Shown here: positions 57,889 to 64,000 of the stretch, in pieces
Numbering within the stretch: position 1 is the stretch's first letter
Layout of the letters: each line of letters starts with the position of its first letter
From: Klebsormidium nitens
Taxonomy: Eukaryota > Plantae > Klebsormidiophyceae
DNA length: 64,000 bases
NCBI GenBank assembly: GCA_000708835.1
Contig: DF236980.1
Coordinates: forward strand, 271,441 to 335,440
Direction of reading: 5' to 3'
Made by a program: the position numbers and the translations under genes
Notes under the pieces: model-generated
Told to the model about the DNA's origin: nothing
The model's input: only the letters and a program-made list of their open reading frames with translations
Database searches by the model: none

Positions 57889-59599
57889 AGCCTTTGTGGA
57901 TGAGACCAGAGACTGTCTGCAGAGGCCATAAGTGAGCATTAGAGCATTCCAAAGCCAAATGTCTTTGATGGAAGAAGATTGATGCCTTGGATTGCTAGAG
58001 ACGAGAGACCCACGTTTGGCTATTGGAAGTGGGGTCCACCATAGGAATTTCTCATCCTCTGAAGCTTTGATCACAAGATGGACCTTTCCGTATACTTCGG
58101 CGATGCATACAGAGAGTATACTAAAGAGTCATGGTAAGAAATTGGGAAGCAACCAAGACCAATACATAGCGACGAAATATTAGGATCTGATGGAAAAAGA
58201 ACGAGATTAGAAACATCGACTCTGACTAGAACCCATTGGTCCAGCTACTACTAGCTACAACATGCGTGGCAGTTGATAATTGAAAGGCGCACTTCCACAA
58301 ACAGCAGCTCTGAAGGAAGTCCTTCAGAGCTGTTTTTCCACTCTCACCTTTCAGAGTTTCAGCAGTACAGCAAATGATGGAAAAAGAGGGGGTTTATCCA
58401 CAGTGACACGGTCTTCAAAGAGCCCACCAATACTCACCTTGACATGCCAAGTAGCAACGCAAGCTGCAAGCCACCAAACCAACCGGCCTTTTCACCATCC
58501 AAAATCTACAGAAGTGCCAAGCCGAACAGGCCTTGGAACCTCCCTTCCTCGTCTTTCTTGGCACTCTCCCATCCAAGACCCAGGGCCACAGAAATGCCAA
58601 GCCATTAACAGGCCTTGGCAACTCCCTCCTTCAGTTTTCTTCCAAGGCACTCCCTCCTCCGCCATTGAACAGATGCATGCACGATCGCTCTGACAAATCT
58701 ATCGCGCAAATCGCGGTAGTGTTGACATCGTCAACAACGACCCCCGGGCCGGGCCTCTGGAGTCTGCATGGCAATCATTGCAACGTCCTACCGGGGCCTG
58801 AAACGCGGCCGCGTCGGCCAGGGGGGCCCAGGGCTTTGCCACCAACTTTCACCGGTGCCGGCTGTCTAATGGCCCTCCTACATTGCTGACCGGCTGGCCA
58901 CACGGGCTAAAGCACCGGGCGCCGGGTTTGCCTAGGCGCCCAGCATTTTTTGCCGGCTTTCCAGCCGGTGGGTACGTGCCTTCGGCACCGGTGCATCTGT
59001 CATATCTGCCGGCCAGGTCCAGCTACACCGGTTCGTGGCAAGCAGTGGCGTCGGGCCGTCGGCATGGGTCAATGATTGAACGTGACCCCTTTCGCTGCGC
59101 CCGCCGCGCGGTATTCCGTACGGCGGAAATGATTGGCTCCGGTTTTGGCAGCGCGCCTTGATTTTCGCCCGGGCTTTCAAAGGAGACCCATGACCTGCAT
59201 GACCGACTCACCGAGTCTTAGCGAGACTGTGCGTCACTGTTGGCGCAAAATGGACGATCTACATTGTTGTATTAGTGTCTCCAGTAATTTTTCTGTCTTA
59301 ACACCCTCCCGTGCCGCGATTATGAATGAACAGATCTATGAAGCTGGCCGGTCGGTACCACACCTACACAACGCCGGTCCTCCGGTGTAAAACGCGTGAC
59401 AAGTAAGCTCCATATATATTAACAGCATGGCAAAATTCTTCAGACGAGCAACCCGGTGCTAAGGAGATCGGACTCACCTTCGTGGCCGGCCTAGCTTGAA
59501 GCTGCATATATACGGTGCAAGGGTTCTAGATTGACTGTCAACAAGCTGTCAACGAACAAACGAAGACAATCATATACAATATGGCAGGCTCCATCTAGA

Positions 59600-62500
59600 A
59601 TCAGGTATATGGGATCTGAGCAGTGCATGCAGGAACCATCCTGTTGGACTGGATCACCAAGGCTTTCGTGTGGTTGGAAGGATGCTCCGTTCTATTCTGG
59701 TGCACCAAATCTCCTTATCAGCCGACTCATTATACGACGTGGGTGTCAGCATGCTTAGTCTGTGTCTCTGGCAGCAACTTTATTCGTGTTGCTTCGTGAT
59801 GCAACTCTCATGACGTACTTCATGGCGAAGCTGAGAGCAGAACGCGAAAGTCACGTCAGCTTTCGCGGAACACGCAAACTCAGGGCTGATTGTTGTTGCA
59901 AACCGTTTCGCAGGCGAGCAAGAAAAAGCGACCAAGGCCAAAGAAGCGGCCCTTGTGACCGGAAAAGACGCCCTTGCCGCAGGCCCAAAAGCAGCACCGC
60001 GCCGATGTGCGCAAGGGCGGGGAAACGAACGCGGGCGACACGATCCGCGTACTCAGGGTCGAGTTAGCGGAGGTAACCGAGCGGCTTAACCAAACCCGGA
60101 AGCAACTAGATACGGCGGAAAACCGCTGCGAGGAGCTGGCGAAGGAACTGCGCAACAAGGCACATGAGAACTCGAGGCTCGCCGCGGAGATTGCGGCGGT
60201 TAAGATAACCAAGATCGGGTTAAGCGAGGAGGGCTCGGTAACCCCGCGGAACGGGATTCCGCCGTTGGCGGCGGAGCGCAGCGGAGGCAGGGTGCTACAG
60301 GTGGCGTCGCTCTCGCAGGCGCTAGAGGAGGCTCAGAGATGGTGAGTCGGATAGGGAGTTTTCGGCGGTCGACAAGTCGTTAATGGTCGTCTGACCAATG
60401 TTTCGAGTCTTTCAAGGTGTCGACTTGGTCTTACAAGGGCAGACGTTCTGAACTTTGCCCCGCTTATCGACAAGGCGTTTGCTATTGAGAGTCCTTCTTA
60501 GTGTGCCGCCTGGATTCAACTCTGTGAACCTTCGCAAAGCCGCCCCCAATCTTCTGGGTTTGGATGCAAGAGCCCCGACCTTATCTCCTGTCTGGCAGAT
60601 TCTTCTTTCAAATGCTTCCGCTTCTTGATGTAGGGCCTCCGCGTTTGCGCGAGAATTTATGCTTGTCTTTTATGTCTCCGATTTCAAACTCACCCTCTAT
60701 TCGTCACTTGGAGTTGGCAATAGCTGACAATTGCAACAACCAACCTGCGAGATCTGAGTCTCCGCCCAGTACCTTCGAAACGCCTTCTTATTTCTGAAGC
60801 CTTCCCCATCACCCCTTACACAGCTTTTCAGGCCTTGATCTCTTTTCGGGTTCTTCCAACACATATTTGCCTCTTATTCCGGAACACAGATTAACTTTCC
60901 AACGTTGCACCATTGGCAAATGCTGGCTTTTGGTGTCTAACGCTCTAAACGTTTGAACTTTTTGATTCCCACAAAGCCAAAATCGTCCGTTTTTCTCACA
61001 GGGCCTCCCAAGCCGAGGACAGTCTGCGCATGCGCGAGCAAGCAGTCGCCGAGGCCGAGGAGGTGCGCGTGAGCCTGGAGCGGCGCGTGAAGGACGCGGA
61101 AACTAGAATGGCGGAAATGGGCTCCAGCCTGGAGAAGAAGGCGACCGAGGCGGCGCAGCTGCGGCAGGAGCTCGACGAGGAGCGCGAGGAGCGGGGCAGG
61201 CTGGAGGAGGATCTCGAGGTGGGTTAGCGGCCGGGTTAATGGGTGTGTTTGGGGGTTAGCGGCCGGGTTAATGGGTGTGTTTGGGGTTAGCGGAGGGTCT
61301 TTTTGAGATTTGAGGAATTTGCTCTTATTTGAATCTGATGGACAAGGAGCGGGATCAGGGAGGCAAGCTGGAGGAGGACCTCGAGGTGGGTTAGCGGCCC
61401 GGTTAACGGGTGTTTGTGTGGGTCCGTGAGGGTGTTCCGGATTGGTGGCTGGGTAACAATCTGAATCATACTCCGGTATAACGAGATTCGAGGCGTTGTC
61501 TCCGATTTTAGACTGATGCATGTGAAGCGCAAGGGTTTTGGATGCGAGGGCTGTGCAAAGAGGAGATCGTCGGACACGCAAGTCTCATCTTCGCACCTCT
61601 TGCGACGTCCTTCGTAACTCCTTGTGTTTCCATCCGGAATGTAAGTCTTTCCAAGAGGGCACTGGGTTGGAAGCCTTGGTGATTGTTGCCATCTCATGAC
61701 GATCCTTGACTGAGGGATCGCGTCAATTTTCTGACGTTGAAATCTAGATGTCTTACACCCTCGTGTACTTTACCCAGGCGCTCCAAGACGAGGCCGCCGC
61801 CAGCGACGCTGCCGCAATCGCGCAGCTCGCCGAGTCGGGCGCGCAGATCCAGTCCCTGACCGACGTCAAGACCCGCACCGAAGAACGCCTGTCGGCACTC
61901 ATGCGCGAGCGCGCCGAACTCGACGTCAAACTGGCGCTCCTTAAGCGCTCCAAGGAGGACGCTGACGCGCAGCTCAAAAACGCGCGGGCCGCGATCGTGC
62001 AGCTCGAAGCGAAGCTGATGTCAGAGGAGGGTCGCTCCGCGGACCTCGAGGCGCAGCTGACGTCAGCGGGCGAGCGGGAGAGGAGACTGGGCGAGGAACT
62101 AGCGGCGGGTGAAAAGGAGATCGGGGAACTGACGCAGAGGGTTGGGGCGTTGGAAGGGGAGAAGCAGGGGCTCGAGGTTTTGGCGGAGAATCGGACGGGC
62201 GATCTCGAGGAGTCGCGGGACGAGACGGCGCAGCTCAAGAACGAGTGCGAGGATATGAAGATTGAGTTAGCGCAGGTTAAGCCTAACAGCGCGGAGTTAG
62301 CGCGGGACCTTGCGGACACCAACGACGATCTGACCGACACTGAGAATAGGCTCGCTAAGAGCGACGAGAACCGGAACAAGGCCTGGGAGGAGGTCGAGCG
62401 GCTAACCGGGGTCAAGGAGGAGCTTAACCAGCGGTTGAGCATGTTTACCGGGGAGATCCGTAATCTCAACGAGCGCCTCTCGGAGGTTATCGCCGAAGTC

Positions 62501-64000
62501 GCGGATCTGCACAAGAAGCTCGGCGCGCTACGGAGCGAGAAGCACGAAGCGGAGCAGTCGTCGGTTCAGGCCAAGGCCGCGGCGGCCGAACTGGAGCTGC
62601 AACTAGCGGTGGCGCAGAAACGCGCGGCCGAGCTCGCGTCGAAACTGTCGGCGTCCGAGCAGAGCAACCGCGAGGTTTCGTCGCTGCTCGCGGAAACCAA
62701 GTCCCAGAAGAAGGAGGTTGAGAGCGAGTTGAAGGAGACTCGCAGCGTGGTGGCGCAACTGGGTAACGAGCTAACGGGGGTTAGGAACGAGGTTAAGGCG
62801 CGCGGAGCGGAGCTGGCCGCGGTTAAGGAGAAGATGGCGGCCAAGGTCAAGGAGGGCGCGGAGCGGGTTAGCAAGCTCAAGGGCGAACTGAGTGATGCGG
62901 TGCAGCGGGGCACGGAACTGGACAAGAAGCTTGGACAGGCCCTGCAGGTAAGGCGCTTGGATTTTACTTCCAACATTTTGTTTCTTATGACGTATTATTT
63001 CGAACTTGATACGACTTGCTTTCCTTGCCTGGTTTGCTGTCGTCGTTACTCGTGCCAGATTGGCGGCGTCAGGGTCTCCCTTGTCGAACTTCGCTCTGCG
63101 AACGAATGAAAAGTCGATTCAAATTTCTCTTGCACCTTTGCAAGACAACCTTTGGAAGGCATCCGCTGTCCATCTCGCTTCTTAAAGAGCAGGCTTTTGT
63201 TGTCTTGTTGTCTTTTGCGTGTGCTCCCTGATCGAACCACAACGTAGGGTTCAGGTTAGTGAAGGAGAATAGGAATTCTCGGCCAAAGAACCCTATCATA
63301 TTGACAATCCTTCTCCCAAACGAGGGATGCAGTTGGCGTGTGTTCCGGACCTCTTTGGGCCATATTGCTTTGCTACGGTCCTCTTCAAAGCAGCACAATT
63401 GGTCAGATCAAGTGATTGCTGCTTTCCTTTTTTCGAGCTCCTGCCATCTTTCCCTTCGCTAGCTCCTTCCTCTTCGATCTATAGGGCCTCGCCCAGCGCG
63501 ACCAGGCGCTCCTGACCGCCAGCGAGGAGCAGCGGGTCCTGTTGTCCGAAGTGGACACCCACAAAGGCGACGTCGCCAGGCTGGAGCACGAGCTGAACAG
63601 GGCCCTCACGGACGCGTCCGAAACGTCGGCCAAGCTGTACGAAGCGTTCGCAAAGCTGGCCGAGACGGAAGAGGCGCTCGCGGAGATCAAGGAAGAGAAG
63701 GAGAGCCTCGAGACGGGGCTGAGCGCGGTTCAGCAAGAGAAGGCGGACGTGCAAGTAAGAGGGGAAATCTCAGCTTTATGATCCTCAACTTTTGGCGGGC
63801 TGCCTTGTGTAACTTCGGTTTCCAAGACTGGGTGTTGTGTGAACGTAATCTGATCACAACCTGGAAGTTTTCATGAGAAATTCTCTGGTAAAGGTGGGTG
63901 CTTCGTGATTTTAGAGCCCTCGGAAACTTGAACAGCACGCTGCTGTAATGGCGCTAGCTTTCCGAGCCCCTCGTGGGGATCCCCCGGTAGCTATACGCGC
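59600..64000 (+). pseudogene. 5'-truncated paralogue of the giant coiled-coil gene (copies 45395-49570; may continue past the window)
   Basis: Exons 59914-60341, 61002-61218, 61778-62947 and 63485-63754 match 45695-46121, 46571-46787, 47313-48482 and 49282-49551. There is a 1-bp insertion near 59980, and no homologues of the upstream exons were seen before 59600. Confidence 0.7.

Overview
Intron-rich eukaryotic genomic DNA. It is probably a streptophyte alga such as Klebsormidium; this is inferred from the plant-type LRRs, the TIO/FUSED and NUP50b orthologues and the GT-AG intron style. Recognisable genes are TSEN54 (-, runs off the left end), an intronless AVT1/AAAP-type amino-acid transporter (+), FUSED/TIO kinase (-), a NUP50b-like nucleoporin (+), a 7-exon biuret/guanylurea-hydrolase-like cysteine hydrolase (-), a ~2,500-aa orphan coiled-coil gene (+) with a 5'-truncated paralogue at the right end, and a frameshifted gene for an LRR ectodomain fused to an XK-like multipass membrane domain (-). 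The accessory block at ~5.8-10.4 kb is a tandem duplication of a spliced gene whose last exon resembles a bacterial/phage DUF4160-related family. One copy is a pseudogene and carries a MITE whose empty site survives in the other copy. Many introns contain tandem 'echoes' of neighbouring splice sites and exon edges. All homology calls come from motif recognition by eye; no searches were run.
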